45,221 nucleotides of DNA. It comes from Actinomycetota bacterium. GTDB taxonomy: Bacteria; Actinomycetota; Thermoleophilia; Solirubrobacterales; JBBDJG01. The notes under the pieces were generated by a model. The model did not search any database and was not told where the DNA came from. It was given only the letters and a program-made list of their open reading frames with translations. Within the stretch, counting starts at the first letter, position 1, and each line of letters begins with the position of its first letter. Shown here piece by piece: positions 1 through 10,965 of this stretch. The stretch is taken from the NCBI GenBank assembly GCA_046725795.1, contig JBKOZI010000020.1, forward strand, positions 1-45,221, written 5' to 3'. The position numbers and the translations under genes are program-made.

Positions 1-34
1 GTCTCGTGGGCTCGGAGATGTGTATAAGAGACAG
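1..34. other. Illumina Nextera/Tn5 read-2 adapter (GTCTCGTGGGCTCGGAGATGTGTATAAGAGACAG). This is a sequencing artefact at the contig end.
   Basis: Exact 34-nt match to the adapter, including the 19-nt mosaic end AGATGTGTATAAGAGACAG. The infB reading frame runs into it. Confidence 0.95.
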
Positions 35-323
35 GGGAGGTTCCACCGCTGGGCTGCTGCTGAGACCCGCCGGAGGGCGCGGCCTTCGACGGCGCGGCCT
101 CGGCGGTCCGATTCTGCGATTGCGGTTTGGGTGGCGCGGACGGCTTCGCGCCGCCCCCGGTGCCCTGGGCCCCGTCACCCGATAGCACTTTCAGCGCGTC
201 CGCCTCTTCAATCGTCGAGGCGGGCGCCTTTGCGTCGATACCGGCTGCCTGGAGCGCAGCCAAAAGCTCCTTGCTGGAGACTCCCTTCTCCTTGGCGATC
301 TCGTAGACACGCTTCTTCGACAT
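35..323 (-). CDS. infB: Translation initiation factor IF-2, N-terminal part. Truncated by the contig end and not listed in the ORF track.
   Basis: My translation of the minus strand from ATG at 323..321 gives MSKKRVYEIAKEKGVSSKELLAALQAAGIDAKAPASTIEEADALKVL..., the typical IF-2 N-terminal domain, followed by a low-complexity linker. It lies 9 nt downstream of the nusA stop, the canonical nusA-infB order. Confidence 0.85.
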
Positions 324-332
324 GAGTGCGGG

Positions 333-1832
333 TTAGCGCTCCTCCCCACTTGCCGCGGGCTGCTCGATCGCGCCGTCCGGCTCCGTCTCGAGCTCCGGCG
401 CGGGTTCGGTCTGCTCGGCTTCGGCAGCGACCACCTCGGTCGCGGGAGCCTCGTCTTCGGTCTCGGACGGCTGCTCGGCCGGCGGCTCGGCCTCGGGCGG
501 CTCCGCCTCGGGCTCTTCGGCCACCGGCTCTTCGGCCACCGGCTCTTCCGCAGGCGGCTCTTCGGCCGGGGCCGCGGGAGTCTCGCCACGCTGCTCGGCC
601 TCCGCCAGCTCCTGGTGCGCGGGCAGGCCGCAGTACCGCGAACCGGGTAACGCGGCGTTCGGGCAGCGCTTGCCCGAGCTCAAGATCGCGTGACAGCGGC
701 CGGAAACGTCCTCCTCCGGCTGGATCCCGAGCTCGGCCTCCTCCTCGGCGAACTCGGTCTCGGACTTGATGTCGACGCGCCAGCCGGTCAGGCGCGCGGC
801 CAGACGCGCGTTCTGCCCCTCCTTGCCGATCGCCAGCGAGAGCTGGTCGTCCGGCACGACCACGGTCGCCTGCTTGTTCTCGTCGTCCACGAGCACCTCG
901 CGCACGCGCGCGGGCGAGAGCGCCTTCGCGACGAAGCGAGCGGGCTCTTCGTTGAACGGGATGATGTCGATCTTCTCGCCGCGCAGCTCGGACACGACCA
1001 TCCGCACCCGAGAGCCACGAGGGCCGACGCAGGCGCCCACCGGGTCGACGCCGTCCGCATGCGAAACGACCGCGATCTTCGATCGGTAGCCCGGCTCACG
1101 CGCGACGTTGACGATCTCAACCAGGCCATCCGCGACCTCGGGCACCTCGAGGTCGAAAAGCTTCTTGATCAGCTCGGGGCTCCGGCGCGAGACGATGATG
1201 CTCGGACCCTTGGTGCTCGAGGAGACCTCCGTGATCACGGCCTTCACGCGGGCGCCGTGGTCATAGCGCTCGCTGTCGACCTGCTCGGACTTGGGAAGGA
1301 GGGCCTCGACACGCTCGCGCAGCTGGACGAGCGTGTAGCGGGAGTCGGACTGCTGGATGATCCCGGTGATCATCTCGCCGACGCGGTCCTGGTACTCCTC
1401 GAACATCATGTCGCGCTCGGCCTCGCGGATTCGCTGCAGGATCACCTGCTTCGCGGTCTGCGCCGCGATCCGGCCGAAGTCGGTCGGGGTGACGTCGCGA
1501 CTGGGAATCTGGTCCTTGTACTCGGCGAGGCGCTCGGGGTCGATCTCGGGCTCCTCGGGCTCGCGCATCTCGCCCGTCTCGGGGTCGATCGTCTGCTCGG
1601 ACTCGATCGCCTCCTTCACGAGCTTCTCCTCGAGCTCGGGGGGAACGAGGAGCTCGAACACGCGGAAGTCCGCCGTCTTCCGGTCCATTTCCACGAACGC
1701 GTATTTGGCGGCTCCCGGCTGCTTCTTGTAGGCGGAGTGGAGCGCGTCCTCGAGCGCCCGCATGAGCCTCTCGGACGAGATGCCCTTCTCCTTCTCGAGC
1801 GTCTGTACTGCTTCTACGATTTCCTTGCTCAC
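333..1832 (-). CDS. nusA: Transcription termination/antitermination factor NusA with an unusual C-terminal Cys/His cluster and acidic tail
   Basis: SKEIVEAVQTLEKEKGIS N-terminus, then S1 and KH regions (GACVGPRGSRV, AIGKEGQNARLAARLTGW). The start is GTG at 1832, preceded by GGAGG, and overlaps the rimP stop as GTGA. The longer track ORF (to 1919) overlaps rimP. Confidence 0.95.
   Translation of the reverse strand: MSKEIVEAVQTLEKEKGISSERLMRALEDALHSAYKKQPGAAKYAFVEMDRKTADFRVFELLVPPELEEKLVKEAIESEQTIDPETGEMREPEEPEIDPERLAEYKDQIPSRDVTPTDFGRIAAQTAKQVILQRIREAERDMMFEEYQDRVGEMITGIIQQSDSRYTLVQLRERVEALLPKSEQVDSERYDHGARVKAVITEVSSSTKGPSIIVSRRSPELIKKLFDLEVPEVADGLVEIVNVAREPGYRSKIAVVSHADGVDPVGACVGPRGSRVRMVVSELRGEKIDIIPFNEEPARFVAKALSPARVREVLVDDENKQATVVVPDDQLSLAIGKEGQNARLAARLTGWRVDIKSETEFAEEEAELGIQPEEDVSGRCHAILSSGKRCPNAALPGSRYCGLPAHQELAEAEQRGETPAAPAEEPPAEEPVAEEPVAEEPEAEPPEAEPPAEQPSETEDEAPATEVVAAEAEQTEPAPELETEPDGAIEQPAASGEER
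512..571. repeat. Four tandem copies of a 15-bp unit (ggctcttcggccacc and variants) inside the nusA 3' end
   Basis: Read directly: 512-526, 527-541, 542-556 and 557-571. It encodes the (A/V)EEP(P/V) acidic repeats of the NusA tail. Confidence 0.8.
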
Positions 1833-2299
1833 TTCTGCCTCCCGGTCTTGCCGGTGGGTGATGGCGCGACGAGGTTCGAGCGCCGGATGCGCTCGTGCGG
1901 GATCGTCACGGTCCCCCACTCGCCGGCGAGCGCGACGCCGCTGTCGTCGGCGCCGATCAGCTCGCCCTTGAAGTCGCTGCGGCCCTCGATCGCCTCGCGT
2001 GTCCGCACGCGGACACGGCGACCCATGAACCGCCGGTAGTGCTCCAGCTTCGTCAACGGACGCTCGGGCCCGGGGGACGAGACCTCGACGGTGAAGTCCA
2101 GGAGCATGTCGCGCAGGTGGCGCGTCACGCGAGCACAGAGGTCGAGGTCGACGCCGCCGGAACGGTCGAGGAAGATCCGCAGGGTAGGCGAACGCCCGCT
2201 GCCGATGACGTCGACGGCCAGTACCTCGACGTCAGGCTCGAGCTCGCCCAAGCGCTGCTCGACGTCCGCCTGAAGGCGGGCAGGGTCGTAAGTCCCCAA
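1829..2299 (-). CDS. rimP: Ribosome maturation factor RimP
   Basis: LRIFLDRSGGVDLDLCARVTRHL...EVSSPGPERPL is RimP-like, and the gene sits directly upstream of nusA. The start is uncertain. TTG at 2299 follows GAAGAGGAG. TTG at 2329 is an alternative. The track start at 2431 lies upstream of an intrinsic terminator and is unlikely. Confidence 0.85.
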   Translation of the reverse strand: MGTYDPARLQADVEQRLGELEPDVEVLAVDVIGSGRSPTLRIFLDRSGGVDLDLCARVTRHLRDMLLDFTVEVSSPGPERPLTKLEHYRRFMGRRVRVRTREAIEGRSDFKGELIGADDSGVALAGEWGTVTIPHERIRRSNLVAPSPTGKTGRQK

Positions 2300-2339
2300 A
2301 AGCTCCTCTTCTATCGCTGCAAGTTTCAACAATTTTCGT

Positions 2340-2366
2340 AAAAAAAGTGGGCTGGAAGGCCCACTT
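2340..2366 (-). terminator. Rho-independent terminator (minus strand) between dtd and rimP
   Basis: The minus strand reads AGTGGGC-CTTCCA-GCCCACT followed by TTTTTTT, a 7-bp GC-rich stem with a U-tract. Confidence 0.75.
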
Positions 2367-2499
2367 CGAAAGAGCGGCTTACGCGCCGCAGGTCTCCCGT
2401 ACGTGTCGGTTGGGCAAGTATAGCGGCGCAAGGCGGGTGCTCCCGGCTCTGAAATCTGAGGAAATTTGGCTTTCGAGAGGCCCCCGGGGCGGCGAGAAC

Positions 2500-2937
2500 C
2501 TATGCCTCGAGCATCAGCGTCACCGGTCCCTCGTTGACGAGCGCGACCGACATCCGCGCGCCGAACCGGCCGCGCTCCACCTGGACACCGCGCGCCTCCA
2601 GTTCCCGGCAGAACTCGTCGTAGAGACGCTCCGCGCGCTCGGGCTCGGCCGCATCCGTGAAGCTCGGGCGGAGCCCTCGCCGCGTGTCGCCGTAGAGCGT
2701 GAACTGGCTGATGCAGAGCGCGCCGGCCCGGAGGTCCAGAACCGACCGGTCCATCCGACCGGTTTCCCCGTCGAAGACGCGCAGCCGGGCGAGCTTGTCG
2801 GCGAGCTTCCGCGCCTGCTCGGAGCCATCGCCGGCGCCGACGCCGAGCAGGATCACGAGGCCCTCGCCGATCTCGCCGACGACCTCGCCGTCGACGGTGA
2901 CCGAGGCGGAGCTGACGCGTTGGACCAGAGCGCGCAC
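2500..2937 (-). CDS. dtd: D-aminoacyl-tRNA deacylase
   Basis: MRALVQRVSSASVTVDGEVVGEIGEGLVILLGV...ISQFTLYGD...NEGPVTL. Full-length Dtd pattern with a GTG start. Confidence 0.95.
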   Translation of the reverse strand: MRALVQRVSSASVTVDGEVVGEIGEGLVILLGVGAGDGSEQARKLADKLARLRVFDGETGRMDRSVLDLRAGALCISQFTLYGDTRRGLRPSFTDAAEPERAERLYDEFCRELEARGVQVERGRFGARMSVALVNEGPVTLMLEA

Positions 2938-2952
2938 CGGACGGCCCGTTAC

Positions 2953-3345
2953 CTAGTCCGAGGCGCGGACTCGATCTCGATAGAGCCTGTAGTCCCTTCG
3001 GTCCGGGCGCATCCCGAAGGCCAGCGACAGGTGGCGGCGAGCAGCCCGGCGGTCGCCGAGCTTCTCGAACGAGCGCCCGAGGCAGAAGTGGGCATAGTCG
3101 TTCGCCGGACTGTGCTCGACCACGGCGGAGAACTCGGTCGCGGCGCGGCCGTAGCGGCCACTCCGAAAGTACGCCCGGCCGAGCGCCTCCCGGATCGACG
3201 TCTTGTCGGGCTCGAGCCGCTTGGCCTTCTCGAGCGAGACGGCCGCCTGTGCCCAGTGACTCTCGGCGAGCAGCGACAGGCCGCGCTGGAAGAGCGCGTA
3301 GGCGTCGTCGGATGCCGGGTCGGGAGGAAGCTGCTGCGAGTTCAT
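2953..3345 (-). CDS. TPR-repeat protein
   Basis: 130 aa with repeated A..A/Y/F 34-residue helical patterns (ALFQRGLSLLAESHWAQAAVSLEKA; EALGRAYFRSGRYGRAATEF; AHFCLGRSFEKLGDRRAA). ATGA overlap with the coaBC stop. Confidence 0.8.
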   Translation of the reverse strand: MNSQQLPPDPASDDAYALFQRGLSLLAESHWAQAAVSLEKAKRLEPDKTSIREALGRAYFRSGRYGRAATEFSAVVEHSPANDYAHFCLGRSFEKLGDRRAARRHLSLAFGMRPDRRDYRLYRDRVRASD

Positions 3346-4595
3346 GTCCGCGTACCGGAGCGAGCGCGAAGCGCCTGGACGAAGTCGAGTACGGCTCTTG
3401 CGATCTCGTGCTTCGAGCCCTGGGAGACGTGCAGCTCGCCGTCCGGGCTGACGATCGTGACCTCGTTCTCCTCGGAGTCGAAGCCGATCTCGGGGCGCGA
3501 GATGTCGTTCACGACGATCGCGTCGAGACCCTTTCGGGCGAGCTTTCCACGGGCACGCGTGACGCCTTCGGGCCCGTGCTCGGCAGCGAAGCCGACCAGC
3601 AACTGTCCGGGACGGCGAAGCGAAGCCGCCTCGGTGAGCACGTCTGCCGTTCGCACGAGCTCGACCGCGAGCGCGTCGTGCTCATCCTTCGGGATCTTTC
3701 CGTCCTGTGGTCGCGCGGGCCGGTAGTCGGCGACCGCCGCTGCCATCAGCAGCACGTCGGAGGACGGGAAGCGCTCGAGCGTCGCGCGCCCGAGCTCCTC
3801 GGCGGTCGAGACCGGGACGATCGTCACTCCCGGTGACGGTGGAAGCGCCGCGTTCGCCGCGACGACGGTGACGGCGGCGCCCCGCCGCGCTGCCTCGGCC
3901 GCGAGCGCAAATCCCATCCGGCCGCTCGAGCGGTTGCCCACGAAACGCACCGAGTCGAGCGGTTCCCGTGTGCCTCCGGCGGTCACCAGCACTCGCAGCC
4001 CGTCCAGCGGACGCGGCGCGCCGGTCCCGGCGGCGAGCTCGATCGCGGCGAGCAGGTCGGCGGGCTCGGCGAGGCGGCCCACGCCCCACTCGCCACGGGA
4101 GGCCAGCGCGCCGGTGCCAGGCTCGACCACGTGCACCCCGCGAGATCGAAGCGTCTCCAGGTTCGCCTCAGTGGCAGGGTGCTCGTACATCCGGTTGTTC
4201 ATCGCCGGGGCGAGCACGACGGGGCTGGGGCAGGCCAGATATGCGGCCGTCAGCATGTTGTCCGCCATGCCGGCCGCGAGCTTTGCGATCGTGTTCGCGC
4301 TCGCGGGCGCGACGCAATACACGTCGCAGCGGGACGCGAGCTCGAGGTGGCCGATCGGATCGTGCTCGGGCACGGGCTCGCCCGGGTACGCCCCGCGCGC
4401 GGGGTCGCGTTCGAACTCCTCCACCAGCACGGGCGCGCCGGTGATGCCCTCGAAGGTCGCGCGCCCTACGAACTCCAGCGAGGCGCGGGTCTGCAGCACC
4501 CGGACGGCGTGGCCCGACCTCGTCGCCAGCCGCGCCAGCTCGACCGCCTTGTACGCGGAGATGCCGCCGCTCACCCCGAGCAGGATCCGTGCCAC
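3342..4595 (-). CDS. coaBC: Bifunctional phosphopantothenoylcysteine decarboxylase / phosphopantothenate-cysteine ligase
   Basis: ILLGVSGGISAYKAVEL flavoprotein N-terminus plus a CoaB-type C-terminal half. 417 aa. Sits in the conserved rpoZ-coaBC context. Confidence 0.95.
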   Translation of the reverse strand: MARILLGVSGGISAYKAVELARLATRSGHAVRVLQTRASLEFVGRATFEGITGAPVLVEEFERDPARGAYPGEPVPEHDPIGHLELASRCDVYCVAPASANTIAKLAAGMADNMLTAAYLACPSPVVLAPAMNNRMYEHPATEANLETLRSRGVHVVEPGTGALASRGEWGVGRLAEPADLLAAIELAAGTGAPRPLDGLRVLVTAGGTREPLDSVRFVGNRSSGRMGFALAAEAARRGAAVTVVAANAALPPSPGVTIVPVSTAEELGRATLERFPSSDVLLMAAAVADYRPARPQDGKIPKDEHDALAVELVRTADVLTEAASLRRPGQLLVGFAAEHGPEGVTRARGKLARKGLDAIVVNDISRPEIGFDSEENEVTIVSPDGELHVSQGSKHEIARAVLDFVQALRARSGTRT

Positions 4596-4618
4596 GAGCC
4601 GGCCGCTCCCGCCGGGCG

Positions 4619-4849
4619 TCAGACGCGGTAGCGCGAGTTGATCTTCCCCTGAGCGACCTCCTCGAGGGCGATCGTCAGGTAGTTCTTCGAGGGAGTGTCG
4701 ACCATCGGCGGGGGAAACTCCTCGAAAACCCCCTCGCCGAGCGTGTGGTAGTAGTTGTTGATCTGGCGGGCCCGCTTCGCCGCCACGATGACCGCCGCGT
4801 AGTGCGAGTCGACGTGTTCGAGCAGGCTGTCGATGCGCGGATAAATCAA
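4619..4849 (-). CDS. rpoZ: DNA-directed RNA polymerase subunit omega
   Basis: 76 aa. IDSLLEHVDSHYAAVIVAAKRARQI is the omega signature. Lies between gmk and coaBC. Confidence 0.9.
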   Translation of the reverse strand: MIYPRIDSLLEHVDSHYAAVIVAAKRARQINNYYHTLGEGVFEEFPPPMVDTPSKNYLTIALEEVAQGKINSRYRV

Positions 4850-4890
4850 GAGTTGCTCCTAATCGGCTTGATGGCCCCTTCCGCAGGGGC

Positions 4891-5460
4891 CTAGGGCGAG
4901 TTTACATCAGGGTCGCTCAGCTTCTGTGTCAACTCGTTCGTGGCCCGGTCGAGGTCGTCGTTCACGACCACATGGGCGAACTCGCTGCGGGCGGCAAGCT
5001 CCTCCTCCGCGGCGGACAGGCGCCGCTCGATCTCCTCGGGCCGATCGGTCGCCCGACTTTCGAGCCGCTGCCGCAGGGAATCTGCCGAGGGCGGGGCGAT
5101 GAAGACCTGCACCGCCTCGGGCATCGCCTCGCGAACCTGGCGGGCGCCCTGGACCTCGATCTCGAGCACGACGTTTCTCCCCGCCTCGAGCAGGGGCTCG
5201 ACCTCCGACCGTGGGGTGCCGTAGCGGTGACCCGAGTACGTGGCGTGCTCGAGCAATTGCCCTTCGCGCGCAAGCCGCTCGAACTCCTCCTCGGACTTGA
5301 AGTGGTAGTCGACCCCCTCTCGCTCGCCGGGCCTCGGGGGCCGCGTGGTGGCCGAGACTGAGAGCTTGAGGCCGGGGAGGCGATAGAGCAATCGGCCGAT
5401 CAGGGTGCCTTTGCCGACGCCCGACGGCCCCGTGATCACGAACAGCCGGCCGCGGCCCAA
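4891..5460 (-). CDS. gmk: Guanylate kinase
   Basis: P-loop ITGPSGVGKGT, then SATTRPPRPGEREGVDYHF. TTG start. Confidence 0.95.
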   Translation of the reverse strand: MGRGRLFVITGPSGVGKGTLIGRLLYRLPGLKLSVSATTRPPRPGEREGVDYHFKSEEEFERLAREGQLLEHATYSGHRYGTPRSEVEPLLEAGRNVVLEIEVQGARQVREAMPEAVQVFIAPPSADSLRQRLESRATDRPEEIERRLSAAEEELAARSEFAHVVVNDDLDRATNELTQKLSDPDVNSP

Positions 5461-5478
5461 GGACTCGCGAGCCCCGCG

Positions 5479-5811
5479 TTACTTGCGGAAGTGGCTGACC
5501 AGCTCCGCGCGCTGGCGCTGCGACAGGCCGCCGATCGTCTTGCTCGGCGAGATCCGGCACTGGGCGAGGATCTTGTTGACCTTGACGTGGCCGTACTTCG
5601 GCACCGAGAGGAGCATGTCCGAGACCTTCGCGCTCTGGATGTAGTCGGGCGGGGAGAGCAGCAGGACGTTGATGTTGGCGCGTCCGGCACGGAGGTCCTT
5701 CTTCAGCTGCGCCCTCTTGGTCCGGATGCGGTTCGCCTCGGTGAGGGCGTCCATCCGTTGCGTCAGGGAGCGCTCCGGCGCACCCGACGGGGACTTGGTG
5801 GCGGCGGGCAT
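5479..5811 (-). CDS. mihF: Integration host factor, actinobacterial type (mIHF)
   Basis: 110 aa. ANRIRTKRAQLKKDL...VKVNKILAQCRISPSKTIGGLSQRQRAEL. Sits upstream of gmk as in Actinomycetota. Confidence 0.85.
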   Translation of the reverse strand: MPAATKSPSGAPERSLTQRMDALTEANRIRTKRAQLKKDLRAGRANINVLLLSPPDYIQSAKVSDMLLSVPKYGHVKVNKILAQCRISPSKTIGGLSQRQRAELVSHFRK

Positions 5812-5819
5812 GGGCGGCG

Positions 5820-5847
5820 ATTATACGCACGGCAAAGCGACGTGCAA
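5820..5847 (-). promoter_or_regulatory. Candidate promoter of mihF: -35 TTGCAC, 16-nt spacer, -10 TATAAT, with the ATG 8 nt after the -10 (leaderless or near-leaderless)
   Basis: The minus strand reads cTTGCACgtcgctttgccgtgcgTATAATcgccgcccATG. No Shine-Dalgarno sequence can fit. Confidence 0.55.
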
Positions 5848-5893
5848 GATGACGCGAGAAAAAAGTTCCGCAAATGATTCACGAAACCGGCTC

Positions 5894-5910
5894 GACCTCC
5901 CCAGGAGGTC
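5894..5910 (-). terminator. Hairpin downstream of pyrD (GACCTCC-TGG-GGAGGTC), a possible operon terminator
   Basis: 7-bp stem, 20 nt after the pyrD stop. Only a weak T-rich tail (GGTTTCGTG) follows, so it is weak. Confidence 0.35.
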
Positions 5911-5929
5911 TAGACGCCTCGAGGCTGCT

Positions 5930-6886
5930 TCACTTTTGGGCTGCAATTACAGCGCTTTTGGGCGCAAGGTGCCCGGCCCCAACGGCGTCCTTGACCTGCG
6001 CGACACCGCATCTCGACAGCAGCTCCGCAAGCTCGTCGCGCACGCGCTCGGCGGCTGCCGGGTCGCGAAAACTCTCGGTTCCGACGGCCACCGCGGTCGC
6101 TCCGGCGGCCATGAAGTCGAGCGCGTCGCGGCCTGAACGGACCCCGCCCATGCCGACCACGGGCAGGGTTGTGCGTGATGCCACGGCGTGAACCTGCTCG
6201 AGCGCGACCGCCCTCACCGCGGGCCCCGAGAGACCCCCGCTGCCGGCACCGAGCCACGGCCGCCCCGTCCCCGGATCGACGGCCATGCTTCGCAGCGTGT
6301 TGATCAGCGAGAGCGCGTCGGCACCGGCTTGCTCGGCCGCTGCGGCGACCGCCCCGACGTCGTTCGCGTTCGGGGTGAGCTTCACGATCAGCGGCTTCGG
6401 GGTGAGGGGCCGGAGGCGCTGCACGAGTGCGAGCGTCTCGTGCGGCTCGGCTCCCATCACGCAGCCGGACTTGACGTTCGGGCAAGAGACGTTGAGCTCG
6501 AGCGCGGCGACGCCTGCCTCGGCTGCGACCACCTCGACCAGCCGCGCGAACTCCTCGTGACCGAAGCCGGCGACGGAGACGACGAGCGGCACCGGGAGCG
6601 TCTCGAGCTGGGGCAGGTCGTGGGCGAGGAACCCCTCAAGGCCCTTGTTCGGCAGCCCGATCGAGTTGATCAGGCCGGCGGGAGCCTCCCACAGCCGTGG
6701 GGGCGGGTTCCCGCCCCGGGGTTCGATCGTGATGGTCTTGGAGACAAAGGCGGAGAACGGGAACAGCCGGCGCAGCTCCGAACCGAAGGTGCGCAGCGCC
6801 GCGATCGCGTCGAAGGTCCCGGAGCCGTTCAGGACGGGGTGGGCGAGCTCGAGACCGGCGAGCTCGGTGGAGAGGTCGGGGGCCAA
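5930..6886 (-). CDS. pyrD: Dihydroorotate dehydrogenase, class 1B catalytic subunit
   Basis: LAGLELAHPVLNGSGTF, LINSIGLPNKG, NVSCPN, GGLSGPA and VGMGGV motifs. The start is ambiguous: TTG 6886 is preferred, TTG 6910 or CTG 6898 are possible. The track start at 7105 overlaps pyrK. Confidence 0.9.
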   Translation of the reverse strand: MAPDLSTELAGLELAHPVLNGSGTFDAIAALRTFGSELRRLFPFSAFVSKTITIEPRGGNPPPRLWEAPAGLINSIGLPNKGLEGFLAHDLPQLETLPVPLVVSVAGFGHEEFARLVEVVAAEAGVAALELNVSCPNVKSGCVMGAEPHETLALVQRLRPLTPKPLIVKLTPNANDVGAVAAAAEQAGADALSLINTLRSMAVDPGTGRPWLGAGSGGLSGPAVRAVALEQVHAVASRTTLPVVGMGGVRSGRDALDFMAAGATAVAVGTESFRDPAAAERVRDELAELLSRCGVAQVKDAVGAGHLAPKSAVIAAQK

Positions 6887-6894
6887 GTGAGACG

Positions 6895-7709
6895 TCAGCG
6901 TTCCAGCCAAAACTCGTCCAGTTCCGCGGCCGCGAGCACCGGGCCGTCCACGCAGATCCGCCGGTAGCCGCTCCGCGTCAGCACCACGCACCCGAAGCAC
7001 GCTCCAAAGCCGCACGCCATCGCCTCCTCGAGCGCGAGCTGCGCGGTGACCGACCGCTCCACGCACAGCTGCCGCACCCGTTCGAGCATCGCGGGCGGGC
7101 CGCATGCGTAGACCGTCGCGTCTTCCTGGAGCGCTGCGGAGAGGAGATCGGTCACAAGCCCGTGGTGCCCGATCGAGCCGTCATCGGTCGCCAGCGCGAC
7201 GCCCGGCCCGACCAGGGCAGCCGACTGCGCGTGAGCGGCGGAGCGAAATCCCATCAACACATGCGGCTCGCGGCCGGCCTCGCGAAGCGACTCCGCGAGG
7301 ATCACGAGCGGCGCAAGGCCCACCCCGCCGCCGACCAGGAGCGGGCGCGCGATTCCCTCGGGCATCGCGAAACCAATCCCGAGCGGCCCCACGAGCCAGA
7401 GCTGCTCGCCGGGCTCGAGCTCTGCAAGCCGTGCCGTCCCCGGCCCGATCGCGTCGACGAGGAAGCCAAGCCGCTCTCCGCGGACGCGGCAGACCGAGAA
7501 CGCGCGCGCCAGATGGGGGCGTCCGTCCTCCCCGCCCCAGTGGCGCGCGGCCGCGAGCATGTAGAACTGCCCCGGGAGCGGCGTCGGGCCACTGGGATCC
7601 GCCGCCTCGACCAGCCGGTAGAGGCCGGAGGGCTCGTTCGAGACCACCTCGCAGCGCCGCCGCCCGAAAGGCGCGACCGTTCGCCGGGCGGCTTCTACCG
7701 CCTTCAACG

Positions 7710-7713
<4 letters not shown>
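6895..7713 (-). CDS. pyrK: Dihydroorotate dehydrogenase electron-transfer subunit (FAD, 2Fe-2S)
   Basis: C-terminal [11 protein letters not shown] iron-sulfur motif and a ferredoxin-reductase-like body. GTGA overlap with the carB stop. Confidence 0.9.
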
Positions 7714-10943
<3,230 letters not shown>

Positions 10944-10965
10944 TGGTGATGGGCCAGTTTCCTGC

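Noticed and set aside
512-571. 15-bp tandem repeats as a possible CRISPR or minisatellite locus
   Set aside because: There are no spacers. The repeats are in-frame codons for the acidic NusA tail and are only four units long.
690-2039. Long plus-strand ORF (449 aa) antisense to nusA. Similar long antisense ORFs lie at 2347-3726, 8085-9530, 9573-10949, 13013-14059, 15650-16447, 34216-35766, 36942-37925, 38103-39620 and 42986-44242.
   Set aside because: These are typical high-GC shadow ORFs. Their translations are R/A/G/P/L/D-rich with no motifs. Each lies opposite a gene with unambiguous family signatures.
4873-4891. GGCCCCT-TCCGC-AGGGGCC hairpin between gmk and rpoZ as a terminator
   Set aside because: No U-tract follows. 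It sits 24 nt before the rpoZ SD within a conserved co-transcribed gene string, so it is more likely an intercistronic stabilising or processing stem, if it is functional at all.
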